A stretch of 64,000 nt of DNA from Octopus vulgaris (taxonomy: Eukaryota), in the NCBI GenBank assembly GCA_951406725.2, contig OX597815.1:209932001-209996000 (forward strand). Direction: 5' to 3'. Below the pieces are notes generated by a model. It was not told the DNA's origin. It ran no database searches and worked only from the letters and a program-made list of their open reading frames with translations. The position numbers and the translations under genes are program-made. Below, in pieces: positions 13,908 to 27,861 of this stretch. Position 1 is the stretch's first letter. Every line of letters starts with the position of its first letter.

Positions 13908-14009
13908 ACGAATCAGGTAGTAAAGTGATTTGTGGAAACACGCGTAGTGATGCATTAAATGTTTATAAATACTACCCAAGGATTATCGTTATCTTTACAA
14001 TATATCGTG

Positions 14010-14530
<521 letters not shown>

Positions 14531-16419
14531 GTGTGTGTGTGTGCCTGCACGCGTGTGTATAAATGTATGTACACACACACACACACACAAAATTACATTA
14601 TTGAAATAAGAAAGCAGAAATAAGTTATGTCTCTAGAAATGCGCCACATCGATCGCTCATTATGTTAACATTCTATTAACGCACATCCCCTTTTTTTCCA
14701 TGTACCATTCCTTTGAAATTGATTTTACTGCGAAAATTTCTTCTGGAAGACATCGGCCAGCGAATTTTACATACCTCTCACATTATTTGTGGTCTGAAAT
14801 TTGGTGTCTACAGTATTACGTTTTACATTGGGAAAATATGCCCCTCTAGATCTGTGACATTTAAAAACTATATCATATCTTCCTTTGAGTTCATGTTTAT
14901 TGATACACTAAGATGAAAATATTCCGCATAGAACACCCGTTCATGGAAATCGAACTATGACAAGACAGCTGTACTGGCAATTACACCTACGCATTTCGGC
15001 TTATTCTTCTGTTATTCGAATTATCGCCCATAAAGTGTCACTATGCAACCTACGCTGACTTTCTTTGTCGGGAAATGGGAGAGATGAAGGTAGGCAAAAG
15101 ACAACCATCCTGCAGGTTTACTATTACATGTGGGCCTCTAAGGAAACGTAGATGTTAAATGTCCGTCGTGAGGTAACTCGTTAATGGTGCGAATATATGC
15201 AACAGAATGAATTCTACAAAGGAACCAGTGGACTAGGAGGTGATGTTCAATGCTTGCGAAAAATTGAGGGACAGAATTCTTACTAATGTACCTTCCAAAA
15301 ATTAACCAAATTCTCATTCAATCTCTACATCATTGAAAAGGGTGACATCTATTTTTTCCTCCTGTAACTTTCAACATAGTTATAGTTCTCCAAATATCTT
15401 CCAGAAAGTTTATATTTTCTTCAACTTTGAACTTTCTCAAAATCTAAAGATGTCTCAGCTGTAATTAAATTCTTAAAGCGAATCGTTCTTATGTTTAATA
15501 CTGAACTTAGAAATAAAATATTGAAATTTATGAATCACTTATAAAAGCAACAGGAAATTTGATGCTACTCCCTCATGAATATTCTACACAGGTTATACAT
15601 ATGTACAGACAACATAAATAATTATTTATAACCTACAGAAAGTCCTTAACATAAATAAATTTGAAGCTGTATGAAAAAGATCCTCTTTCGAAGAATCATT
15701 CTTTAATTTTCAAAATGTCTTCTTAAAGCCATCTACTACCCACCATCAATGATTTTCTTAAATGCGATTAACCTGAAGAAAAATATGAATAGTAAGGAGT
15801 GTTTATCGGGAACATGTTAGGATGTGTCATGTTTAAACTTTGGGCATTTAAAAATATTGCGATTTATGTCAATAAAAATGATTTAATCTGAACAGACATC
15901 AATCATATAATTCCTGTGGAATAAAAATTAATTTTCCCTGAATCCCTATTTTCTTTACTTTAATCAAAAGGTTTGGTATATTCTAACATAGTCTAAAATA
16001 TATTTATAGTTTCATATATTATTATTCCTTAAAACCAGATTTTCTTTTATGACTAAGTTGTGTCACAGCATCTTTCAAGCTTTCAGAAAATATACTGATT
16101 ATAGCTGAAACTTGCTGACGTGGCTTCTCAGATATAAAAGTGTCCCTCGTTATGCATTTATAAAGCAAGGAACACTTGTGCAATAAATTGAATATGGTGA
16201 GACCGTTTTTGTGTTACTAATGAGTATATATATCACAAAACGATCCTTTAAAATAAAGTGCATTTAACGCCCACCATATTTTCAGAAATCATTAAAAAGT
16301 TTTTGATTCAAATATATCTAAGCACATATGACCTTTAAGAAATAACAATATGTAAAACTATATCTGAAATGCATTAAAATACAAAATCATATGACAATAA
16401 TTTTTATATTTCAGAAAAT

Positions 16420-16960
16420 TTAATATATTCATTCTTCCGTGGGAATAATGTCTTCGGCACGCGGCCAAAGATAGTAGCTTACAGTGGAATATATGCATGA
16501 GTTATATAGCCAAGGTAACTGAGAAGTGCCGTGACTATCAGTCAAACATGACATCTAGGGAAAATGATGTCAAAACTACTGGGGGTATTCACTTCTACAC
16601 CCAAAGAGATACAAATATCCACAAGCCTGATGTCATTTTCAGGAGCAGGAAGCTAGGGATTGTGTACTCATCGACATTGTATTACATTCCTAAATATTCC
16701 ACGGAAATTCTAAATAAGTTAACCAAGTACAAAGATGTAGGGACCGATAGATACAGGATATGGAATATGAAGTCCGAAATAATACTAAGAGGTCATTGGA
16801 GCACCAACCTTAAGCGGATAACCCTAACATTTATGCAGTCCAGAAATTTTGCACCACATGAATCAGATCACATACGACCGAGTGTGTACTGTCATTTGAG
16901 TAGCATCTTTCCTATAGAGACTCATAACAATACTTTGGACCCGATATAAAAAAAAAAATA
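16420..16960 (+). mobile_element. 3' relic of an RLE-type (R4/Dong/NeSL-like) non-LTR retrotransposon
   Basis: ORF 16497-16949 has EN..TQRDTNIHKPDVIF and KLTKYKD..RIWNMK, matching the PD-(D/E)xK restriction-like endonuclease C-terminus; poly(A) at ~16947-16959. Confidence 0.65.
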
Positions 16961-17992
16961 GATGCGATATAAACTATATGACAATTTACAGAAAGACTGA
17001 ACAATTTTACGTTGCATACATGTTCACAGAATCTTATTAACTCGGTGTATTTGTATATATTCACAGATTAATATTCGTTGATAAAGTTAGTGATATTACG
17101 TTTTATTCAATATTGGAAAATCAAGAGCGGTAGACTGTTTTACTCCGCTAGGGGGAATTTTGTATAGCATGATTCATTATAAGTAAAATGTTGCAAACTA
17201 TTCCCCCTGTCAATGAAATTTCTTCATTGGATAACGTTTACCTTGAAGCCACAGTCTCCACAACAAGAGTGCGTTTTACTGATTGATCTCTATCTCACCT
17301 TTATGTTATACATGCTATAAGCAATATATGCTATCAGGAATATTCTGCATCACAAGGTTCCTAGCTGAGAGGTTGAACGAGTATATTCAATCATAAATCT
17401 ACTACAGCATATGATACCTGTGGAACTTGTAAATATTTCTGCTTAGAACAAACGTGTTTCTATTTAATTTTTCCAGAATCTAGATACAGGATATACAAGA
17501 CATCTTTTCAGGACGTACGAAACATAATGAAATATCACCAGCTATTTTGTTTGATGTTTTGCAGCTTCTACATTCCACTGCCCTATAAATTTTCTGTTAT
17601 GCGGCAGATATACGATTACTCGAAGTGGTATAATCGATATTGCATGGCCTGACAAAGAGTTCGACTCATACTAAAGCCAGCATAATTTATGATAGAAGTG
17701 ACCTTCTCTGTTACCAATAGCTAACTACTTTCTTCTTGAGGCCGTTCATCTTATTTCTAACTCTTCAGTATCCGCATCTGGGATACTAAAATATAAACAA
17801 AAGTACAATATATGTTAAAAAGTATCTATATATACACACACAAACACATATGTACACGCATGTGTGTGCGCGTGGATGAACGTATATTTGAACTATTTAC
17901 TAGACAGTGTAGTTGTGTTTCATCAAAAGAAACTAACTTTCGCAAGAGAGTTATGATGTTAGCTCAACAGAGATGGACAGTAGAAATGGTAT

Positions 17993-18716
17993 ATATTCTT
18001 TTTCTACTCTTGGCACAAGGCCTGGAATTTTGGAGAGAGGGAGCCAGTCGATTAGATCGACCACAGTACGCAATTGGTGCTTAATTTATTGACCCTAGAA
18101 TTTGATACCTATTTCTATTTCTTTACTACCCACAAGGGGCTAAACACAGAGAAAACAAACAAAGGACAGACAAACGGATTAAGTCGATTATATCGACCCC
18201 AGTACGGAACTGGTACTTAATTTATTGACCCCGAAAGGATGAAAGGCAAAGTCGACCTCGGCGGAATTTGAACTCAGAACGTAACGGCAGACGAAATACC
18301 TATTTCTTTACTACTCACAAGGGGCTAAACACAGAGAAAACAAACAAGGACAGACAAACGGATTAAGTCGATTATATCGATACCAGTGCGTTATTGGTAC
18401 TTAATTTATCGACCCCGAAAGGATGAAAGGCAAAGTCGACCTCGACGGAATTTGAACTCAGAACGTAACGGCAGACGAAATACCTATTTCTTTATTACCA
18501 ACAAGGGGCTAAACACAGAGCGGACAAACAAGGACAGACATAGGTATTAAGTCGATTACATCGATCCCAGTGCGTAACTGGTACTTAATTTATCGACCCC
18601 GAAAGGATGAAAAGCAAAGTCGACCTCGGCGGAATTTGAACTCACAACGTAACGCAGACGAAATACCGCTAAGCATTTCGCCCGGCGTGCTAACGTTTCT
18701 GCCAACTCGCCGCCTT
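17993..18716 (-). mobile_element. SINE family B array: three ~184-bp LINE-tailed units plus the 3' end of an ordinary-tail host copy
   Basis: Repeat phase CTTTA(C/T)TAC at 18121, 18306, 18490; head at 18716; host tail CCAAAATTCCAGGCCTTGTGCCAAGAGTAGAAAAG at ~17993-18060. Confidence 0.9.
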
Positions 18717-19096
18717 AGAAACGGCATATATTAGCATAGAACAGGATTTGTTACTGTCAAAACACTGGAAATGTCTAAGAAATCCGTAACACATACATAA
18801 TTAAATTAATAAATTAATAACCTTAAATGAAAAAAAAATAGAGCCTTTCTCTAATAGTTGCAAGTTAGTGTGATTTCATATGAGTGTGACTGGACGGGTG
18901 TTGATAGTTTGTCTTACTGCGATGCAGAAAGCATTTGCTCAGCAAAACCGTTTTCACAAATATATTTTACTCTACATATGGATTCTCTCTTCACTTCATA
19001 ATTTTCTATTAGTAGGTCTAAAGTAAATGTAAGAAATTCTAACTTATTGTGGATAATAATCCTAAGCATTTTATCTTTAGCTAGTTCGCTAATCTA

Positions 19097-19662
19097 TTGG
19101 GTTGTCCGGAAAGTTCGTGCCGATTTATAGTAGCTTGCTTTTCGACTTATTTTAGAACATGGTTGAGTTCATAAAATAGGATTTGGCTACACCTTCATTT
19201 AGAGCACAGTTGAAGCTGTGTTTTCGTGGAAGAAGATTTATACTCTGATAACCTGTTTTAATTCTGTAACCCTTTAAAATGGAAGATAAGAAAGTACATT
19301 TTCGGCATTTGATGCTTTGGGAACCAGACAAAAATTGCTGCAGCTCGGCTGGGATGTGTTAGCCCACCCTCCATATTCACCAGATATTGCTCCTTCGGAT
19401 TTCCACTTATTCAGGTCTCTGCAGAACAGTCTTAACGGTAAAAATTTCAATTTCTTGGATGACATAAAAGAAATCCTTGATGAATTCTTTGCCATGAATC
19501 CACCTCACCTCTGGGAAGAGGGTATTTTGTAGTTAAAGGGAAGATGGAGACACATTGTGCAACAAAATGGTTCATATTTGGTTGATTAAAAATGTAACAG
19601 CAAATATTTATTGACCTTTTTCTTGCCTTTAAAAGTCAGCCCGAACTTTCCGGACAACCCAA
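19097..19662 (+). mobile_element. Internally deleted mariner transposon with intact TIRs
   Basis: TIR TTGGGTTGTCCGGAAAGTTCG / CGAACTTTCCGGACAACCCAA with TA on both sides; N-terminus MEDKKVHFRHLML fused to C-terminus GWDVLAHPPYSPDIAPSDFHLFRSL. Confidence 0.93.
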
Positions 19663-20011
19663 TATTTATTATGGGCCTTCCGTGAATTTATCCTCTTTGC
19701 AATTTCTGATTGTGACATTGTCTATGTATACTGTTTATGTCCAACAGCATTACACAACTATTGAGATTTGAAGAAACTTATATACTTTTCGTTCGTCTTA
19801 TTAACTATGTATCTTCACTTGGCTAATCTGGATGACTGTTGAAATCAAAGCCTCACAATGTCTACGATCCATTTTCAGAAAATGGTATTGAGTGTTTGGA
19901 TCCATGAACACACAAAATACCATAAACACATAGCTCACCACAATCTAGCTTTTAAAACTTGCCATACTATCGGACTATCATATTAATTTACTGTGCTACT
20001 GACGATAGATT

Positions 20012-20355
20012 GAAGGCGCATGACTCAGTGGTGAGAGCATCGAGCTCACAATCATGAGGTAGTGAGTTCGATTCCAGGACCGGGCTTTGTGAGAAATTCT
20101 TGAGTAAGTCACTTTACTTCCTGTTGCTCCATTTCACTCAGTTTTAGAAACGAGCTGCGATGTTTCTGGTGCCAAGTTATATCGGCCAGTCCCTTGGATC
20201 AAATCAGTCACTCGGAGGAGAGAAGAATGGTATTCATGGGTGAGTGCTGACCTTCCATAAATAACCTTGCTCGGATTGTGCCTCGGAGGAGAACTTTCTT
20301 GGTTCAATCCCATGCTCATCCATGAGCAAAGGGGTCTTTACTTTTTACTTTACTG
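20012..20355 (+). mobile_element. tRNA-derived SINE family D
   Basis: GGCGCATGACTCAGTGG (A box), GTTCGATTCC (B box), central TTCTTGAGTAAGTCACTTTAC..TTGCTCCATTTCACTCAG, (TTTAC)n tail. Confidence 0.8.
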
Positions 20356-21245
20356 ATTTTAGTGCTAGTCCTTTCAATTAGAAAATAAGCGTTGCCCTTA
20401 ATTTCTTTGCATATTTCTTCGTAAATCGTCTCACTACTACGAGCCCGTTTTAAAAGTATAATCTATGGCACAAAATCTTTAGTTGTGACGTTATTTCCGA
20501 GAGGTCAATATAAGAAAAAAATGATCTCCTTCAAGCATCATTCTCTGAGAATTACAAAGTTGGCAAATTGCGGTTTAAGTCATTAATAATCACTAGAATT
20601 CAAATTCCACTCCAATTGACCTTTTTGTTATCATTTGACTTTTTTTTATCATTTCTGAATCACCGATAAAAATTTTCCTACATTATTTGAAGTTCTATGT
20701 CTAAAGCTGAAATAAGACGTTTATTATTAAATGTTGATATATTCACACCAACGACTCTGATAATTTGTTTAATATATACATGAAAAAATATATATAAATG
20801 CACATGGTAATTTAATACCGAAATAAACATTACATTTTATAGGTATTTATAATTCGAATGGAAATTGTTATATTAAGAAGTAATAAGATTTGAAAATGTG
20901 TAGTTGATTTTATTAACTCGCTCTATATTACTGGCACGTAAAAATCACATTTAGTTTACTCTTCCTGTTGTATACTATATGAATATTATTTTTTATCACG
21001 GGTATGAAGAAAGAAGCATAGTAAAAATTGAAATTGTATGACACAAACAAGAAAAAATATACATACGTATTGTTGGATAATTGCGTAGGAGAGGGAAGTA
21101 ATTTCTGTCTTACGTATCCTTATTTCAAATCAGAAAGGAGGACACCAGCTGTTTTCGTCCAAAATAACCCTGCCTATTATCACTACGGACGGGCATATAC
21201 TTACTTTTGCCTGTGTGAGCGCACACGAACGCTCCTGCATGTATG

Positions 21246-21281
<36 letters not shown>

Positions 21282-21431
21282 ATCCAAACAAGAAAGCAGA
21301 AATAAACACATCAACGCGAGGACGTGTAACAAATATAGTATTCTTGGACAAATAGAGTATTATTGTATTATATAGTATTATTATATAATATAAACAGCAG
21401 TTTGCATTGTTTCATGAGAAATGAGAATTAC

Positions 21432-21866
21432 AAATGTCACTAAATGCGACTGGAGTGTTAGGAAACACCTACATTGTTGTTAGAAATAGGAGCTAAACCG
21501 CCCTCATGCTGTAGTTAGCACATATGAATGAAAACATTGCAAATTGCTGTTTATATTAATTCTAAATACTCACATTAGCGAATCGCTAAATCATCCAGTT
21601 ATTTGGTTAATGGAAACATAAATACTAACGGTGAAGTGAGACCGGTAAGGGCTGAAGTCGAGCTGTCTCAACTGATGAGGCAACGGAAACTGCCGAAACT
21701 GACGCGCCAGTATTAAGAATTCCCGATCGCCACTTTTCGGACAATTATGGTCCCTGTTAGTGTATGTTTTCATTCATGTGCATTAACTACAGCATTAGCG
21801 CGGATTAGATCTAATTTCTAGCAATGTAGGTGTTTCCTAACGCCCTAGTCGCATTTAGTGACATTT
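21432..21866 (+). mobile_element. Fold-back PLE-type element carrying a hammerhead ribozyme
   Basis: Inverted arms 21432-21537 and 21764-21866 enclose the HHR at 21666-21718; ends in a TA/TG microsatellite. Confidence 0.75.
21666..21718 (+). ncRNA. Type I hammerhead ribozyme, canonical core
   Basis: TCTCAA-CTGATGA-GGCA(ACGGAAAC)TGCC-GAAA-CTG(ACGCGC)CAG-TA-TTAAGA: full consensus core, stems I-III, GUA cleavage triplet. Confidence 0.85.
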
Positions 21867-23179
21867 ATATATGTATGTGTGTATGTGTATTTATTTACGA
21901 AGAGAGAAAAAGAGACAACAGCACTCATACAATAACACAAACATACACAAAATACACACGTAAATATTTTTATGTGTGTTTGTGTCTTTGTTTATATTTC
22001 GTCTTCACGAAATATGTGAAAAATTGGAATATACGAATATCTACTGTTAAACTCATTGCAGAGAAATAACATTTCTTTACGTGTCTTCTTTTCCTCTATT
22101 GCCATCTTAATATAAAATGCGAGAGAATTAGATTACATATTGCAAATCATTGTATCTAATAGAATTTCTGTTGAGGACCGAGATATATAGTCTACCACTT
22201 TTCTGGATCGGTCAAGTTGTAATGACATTCCAACAGTATGGTAACTTTATTCTCACAGTGAAAACATCACTGTAGGCTATATAGAATATTGAATTACTTT
22301 ACATTTCTTCAAATTGTTCAGAATTGTAGATAAGAGTTATCAGTTACTAACAGAAGTACATTGTTTTACTTATATAACAATTTTCATTCTGCTAGTCATA
22401 TTTATTTCCCAGACAGACAACGTTGTGTCTAAATAACCATCTTGTACCTCGCAATTGTGCTTGCTGCGTAACATTATCAACTGTTGATAGATTAGTATCT
22501 ATATAGATCTTGACAGGAATATCGTAGGGATTATGACATTATATTTATTTAAAACCGCAGAATAGGAACAAAGTAAAGTATCTCTTGACAGAAATTATTT
22601 CCTGTAAACCTGTTATATGTAAATATGAAATGGTTGAAATGATAAAATATTTTCTTTCCGACTCATACGGCTCGGGTGACAAACCTTTACAAACATTTTA
22701 TTGTCAAAAGGGAGTTTTGCTTCTTAGTTTCCGGACCATCTGGGAATATGTATCAGATTTTTGTTTTTTTGCCAGGAAAAGTTACCCGCAATAAACCAGC
22801 TACTAATTAACTTTTAATCTATTTGATTAACACTAAAGCAATCTTAGTCAAGGATTTTCTTCATGGATTCATTTGATGCATTAGCGATTCTCCATTTAGT
22901 ATTGATTTGAATGATGATGTTCTGTTGGTAGGTCTCATATAATTGCATTCACGATTTGTAAGGTTTGTAGTGAGAAGGGATTTCATGTACATATACAACG
23001 ATAGAAAAGTATGCAAGAAAAGTAGCCTGCAATTCTTATACAGTTCAGGGATGGAAAAGATTTTCGTGTTGAAATTCATCAATCGCTTTGGTATCTCATT
23101 ATTAACAATGTTGTTCCCGCCTTATTTTTTACAGTAGTTTCTTCTGTTATATCCTTTTAACAAATTTAAGATAATTTAA

Positions 23180-24250
23180 GGTAATTTTAAGGTACGTTAC
23201 TTAGGTCCTCGGAAAGGAGTTCAGTTGTGCAGATACACATGGGAGTGAAATTACTGCGAGAATTTTCTGATTTGAGAATTTTGAGGAGGAGGAGGTGGAT
23301 GGTGAAAGTTAAGAGTATAATTTCAATGAAGTTAATGGCTGAAGGATCAAATGAGTTGGAAGAGATGACATCATGCACGGCGGTGTGGACTTGTTTCTCA
23401 TAGAGTCTGGTTAAATAATTATTTCCCGAGTTGCTGCAAAAGAGAGATTTGTTGAGTTGCGCGATACTCCTTGCCAACAGACATTGATTAGCCTGACATA
23501 GCGACGTCGCTTCTTTATAGTTGGTTAAATGAAAGTGTTTTCCTGATTCTGGAAGGAATTGAGTTCCGATGTGGATGGGTTTAATCCACTTTGTCACATG
23601 CAGAATTTGACGATCCCCAAATTATAATGGACTGCTTACGCAAATAAATCGACAGTAAATCAACGTGTAGCCTCTGGTGGGGTTCAATGTTGAGTTGTTC
23701 TTTTTAATGTTTAGCAAAACTGTTTTCCGTCGGGTCTCTGAAATTCTGCTTTAGACGACCTTGAATTGATCCTAACGAGTTAGGAGGACAATCCGTAACA
23801 GCGCTTAAGTCATACTCATTTCGTCTCTTTTTAACAGAGATACAGTTTAGGCTGCTGTTGAAGGTGGAATCGTTCAGCGTCTGGAAAAATAGAACTCTTG
23901 TGACGGTGAACACGGCAGATTATATCGCGAGTGGTGTGAACAATTGTGAAGCTAGCGAAGAAGTATGCAGCTTTTGTGAGATATCTTACATTACTGAGGA
24001 TTTCAAAACCAATGTTGTGGTACTATGATTGAAGGTATGGTGAATGAAGTTGTTTGGAAGAGCAGTTGCTGAGAGAAAACAACAGCAATGAATTGACTTT
24101 CTTGTTAGTTTTATTGCGATTAGAGCACATGGTGCGCACAAGGCGTTTAGAAGAAAAAAAGATGTAAAAGATGTTTGCAGGACATTCTATATAATATAGT
24201 GACTTAAAAGGTAAACGAAAACTCAATTTAAAGCACGTGTGGAATAGCAC
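23180..24250 (-). mobile_element. Decayed Penelope-like element ORF (N-terminal region to start of RT)
   Basis: WIKPIHIG (cf. IKPADKG), LLKILKSENSRSNFTPMCICTTELLSEDL (cf. LPKIHKxxxPGRPIVSxCxCPTExIS), SSLNCISVKK (cf. KGLNFVP). Confidence 0.6.
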
Positions 24251-25869
24251 TTAAGCAAAGATACCATTCAAAAAAGTATGGCAGCTGAAGCGAATATATA
24301 CTTTTAAAGAGGCGAAATATTGTAATACGATTTTAGAGAATCACCTGCAAACAGAGGAGAATGAAATAGATAGAGGCTATTTCTTCGTTGGTTCTTAAAA
24401 ATTCCGGTTGTGATTTTAAGAGTAGGAATCGTAGGGGAGACTAGAAAGCTCGCTTATTATCCTGCACTGGAAAAACATTTGTAGAGTTCATTTGTTTCTT
24501 GCCGGATGTTGAATGAATACGAGTAATGATAACAAATCAACAGACAATCTTTTTAAACTATTAATATGAAACGTTATTTAACTTCAACTCTTAGTTATTT
24601 CAAAAACATGCAAGCATAAATCGTAAGATATATAATTGTGCAACTAGCCCTAACTACCTAAAATCACCAGCCTTGGGCTTTAATTTGAAAGGACCGTTGT
24701 TGCCATTACCTTAGTACAATTTATTGTGATATCATCTGGTCTGTAAGGGTGGCTCAGATGGTAACGAACTGAACAGTAATTAATTCTGTTGATTAATGAC
24801 CAAGGTCAAATCATGCCAATCATGTTCGACATTGAACTTTATCCCATCATTAGACCCCAGGAAATATTTCCTGTATTCATTTCAAAAGTGCACATGATCT
24901 GAATATGTGTGCGTGAATAAAACAGAAATTATACATGGTGACTAACTGAGGTATGCCTAAACACAAGTAGCGTAGTATGCAGAGACAACAAAAAGTCTCT
25001 TCGCTTTGTATGAAGGATAGTCCACCGACTCGGTTAGATATCAGAGAAAACAATCCAAGGAGACTGCTGACAGTCTGCTTTGGTGAATGTTGTATTTATG
25101 GGAGATATAAATCGATGTAGGTAGTGGAGTTTCAAATGCTCATGTAGTTTTTCGTTAACATTTTGTTTCAAAGTAAGCAAAGGCTCGTAAAAAAGCAGGC
25201 AAGCATGAATTTGAAATAGAAACTTCAAGTATATACAACAAATACTATATGCTATCCCAAGTACTTGTTGTAAACGATATCAGAATCGAAGACAATAAGC
25301 CAGAAACTTCTTCAGGTGTAACTGAAAGAGCAATTTTCCTCTCCACTGAATCGTTAGGACATCAAAGCATTATTTATAAAGACGAACTGACGAACAGCTA
25401 CTGTTCTCAGATGCTTTCACTTTTTCCTTTACGAACGCCTATACACGCACAGGCACACACATACACACACACACACTCATTCACATACACACAAGCTCAC
25501 ACACACACAAGCACATACACTGTTATACACATTCATACACATTTGTACTTTATTAAATATTGCTATTCTTTTAAAGAAACCAATGCTTTCTGATGCTCAA
25601 CCTTAGCATTTTGTTTACATGTATAGTTTTCCACTTCATATTTATCGTTATTTTGTCAGCCATATTTTTTTAACGTTTAACATTAAGTTCAGCATCTCCT
25701 TTCTTTTCAGATATGAAATTGTAGACGTGTAGTGAAGTAATTTGTTTTGATGCTACAAATTAACTACTTTCAGTAAATTGGCATTTAGTTAAACATGTAT
25801 GAGACAATGTAAAGCTATACTTTCCACACGCACATGCACACATACATGCACATATACACCACGCACACA

Positions 25870-26020
25870 CTTTTTTCTCTTTCTCCATTTTTTCCGCTCA
25901 TCACTTCCTGCCGAAGACTGTAGGCTCGAAACCTCAAAGACTTCTACCGAGCGTCAAATTATTGCACCTGCTTCTTGTTCCCTCAAATTTCTCTGTTTTT
26001 TGCTTTCTGTATATTTGAAT
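25870..26020 (+). mobile_element. PLE-type 3' end with degenerate HHR (position-6 variant family)
   Basis: CTGCCGAAGACTGTAGGCTCGAAACCTCAAAGAC; homologous to 36.57, 37.52 and 63.56 kb. Confidence 0.55.
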
Positions 26021-26030
26021 AATATATCTA

Positions 26031-26432
26031 GAAGTGGCTGTATGGTAAGTAGCCTGCTTACCAACCACATGGTTCCGGGTTCAGTCCCACTGCGTGGCAT
26101 CTCGGGCAAGTGTATTCTACTATAGCCTCGGGCCAACCAATGCTTTGTGAGTGGATTTGGTAGACGGAAACTGAAAGAAGCCCGTCGTATATGTATATAT
26201 ATATGTGTGTGTGTGTGTGTATGTTTGTGTCTGCGTTTGTCCCCCCCACCCACCGTTTGACAACGAATGGTGATGTGTTTACGTCTCCGTAACTTTGCGG
26301 TTCGGCAAAATGGACCGATACAGTAAGTAATAGGCTTACAAAGAATAAGATCTAGGGTCAATTTGTTCAAATAAAAGTGGTGCTTCAGTATGAACGAAGT
26401 CGAATGACTGAAACAAATAAAAGGCTAAAAGA
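26031..26432 (+). mobile_element. SINE family A
   Basis: Head GAAGTGGCTGTATGGTAAGTAG through tail GACTGAAACAAATAAAAG. Confidence 0.88.
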
Positions 26433-26466
<34 letters not shown>

Positions 26467-26736
26467 ATTAGTATACATACAGCCTATTTGCCAGCGATTA
26501 AGAGACACATCCATGTATATATAATGCATCTCCATTTTTCCCTTCCCACAAAACTAACCCCTATTTTCGAGTAAAAACTGAAAATTTTTGCACATAAGTA
26601 CAATATTGGAATAGTATACTGGAGTAAGTATGAAACCATACACTTTATACGAGTACCATATTTCAACTTAGCGTTTCAGAAAAAGTCTGTAGTTGTTCAT
26701 ATTTTAGTCAAGAGAGTTTCCAAACAAGATGTGAAA

Positions 26737-27150
26737 GAAGGAGTGGCTGTGTGGTAAGTAGCTTGTTTACCAGCCACATGGTTCTGGGTTCAGTCCCACT
26801 GCGTGGCACCTTGGGCAAGTGTCTTCTACTATAGCCTCGAGCCAGCAAAAGCCTTGTGAGTGGATTTGGTAGACGGAAACTGAAAGAAGCCCGTCGTATA
26901 TATGTATATATATATATATGCGTGTGTGTGTTTGTGTGTCTGTGTTTGTCCCCCTAGCATTGCTTGACAACCGATGCTGGTGTGTTTACGTCCCCGTCAC
27001 TTAGCGGTTCGGCAAAAAGACCCCGATAGACTAAGTACTGGGCTTACAAAGAATAAGTCCCGGGGTCGAGTTGCTCGACTAAAGGCGGTGCTCCAGCATG
27101 GCCGCAGTCAAATGACTGAAACAAGTAAAAGAGTAAGAGAGTAAAAGAGT
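26737..27150 (+). mobile_element. SINE family A flanked by a ~143-bp direct duplication
   Basis: Full head to (GAGTAAAA)n tail; flanks 26594-26736 and 27151-27294 are ~95% identical by eye. Confidence 0.93.
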
Positions 27151-27307
27151 ATAAGTACAATATTGAAATAGTATATTGGAGTAAAGTATGAAGCCATACA
27201 CTTTATACGAGTACCATATTTCAACTTAGTGTTTCAGAAAAAGTGTGTAGTTGTTCATATTTTAGTCAAGAGACTTTCCAAACAAGATGTGAAACAATAT
27301 TTCAGAT

Positions 27308-27525
27308 GAGGCAGCAAGCTGGCAGAAACGTTAGCACGCCGGGCGAAATGCTTAGCAGTATTTCGCCTGTCGCTACATTCGGAGTTCAAATTCCGCTGAG
27401 GTCGACTTTGCTTTTCATGCTTTCTGGGTCGATAAACTAAGTACCAGTTGTGTACTGGCGTCGATCTTATTGACTGGCTCCCTTCCTCAAAATTTCGGAC
27501 TTTTTGCCTAGAGTAGAAAAGAATA
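27308..27525 (+). mobile_element. SINE family B, ordinary-tail type
   Basis: GCTGGCAGAAACGTTAGCACGCCGGGCGAAATGC head; CCTAGAGTAGAAAAGAAT tail. Confidence 0.88.
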
Positions 27526-27861
27526 TTTCTGTCTATGATGCTTTATCTAACCGCGATCAGCCCTCAGCGTGGCGCACACCCGCTATGATTTTGTTGTAAA
27601 TAGCAGACAGGTGGGTGAAAATTTGAAATTACTTTAATCTTTATCGAACATTTTTTTTTATTTTGATAATTAGAAAGGTTTCTTAAAGGTAAAACAGTCA
27701 TTATATAACGTAATACATATATGCAGGGAAAGCATTTCAAAGAGGTAATGTGACTTCGCAATAACTACCGATGTTCCTTTCATACGTATATGCCAACAAT
27801 CTGTCAAAATTTGGTTTGTTTCCGGTCTGTTGAATATTTTCAACCATTATTTTGTTCAAAG

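Noticed and set aside
18121-18660. Regularly spaced repeats suggestive of a CRISPR array
   Set aside because: Whole ~184-bp units repeat with no unique spacers; SINE-derived, eukaryotic context, no cas genes
23990-24030. CTGAGGA..AAAACCA..TGGTA hammerhead-like string
   Set aside because: No stem II, G12 missing, poor stem I, and antisense to the surrounding PLE relic
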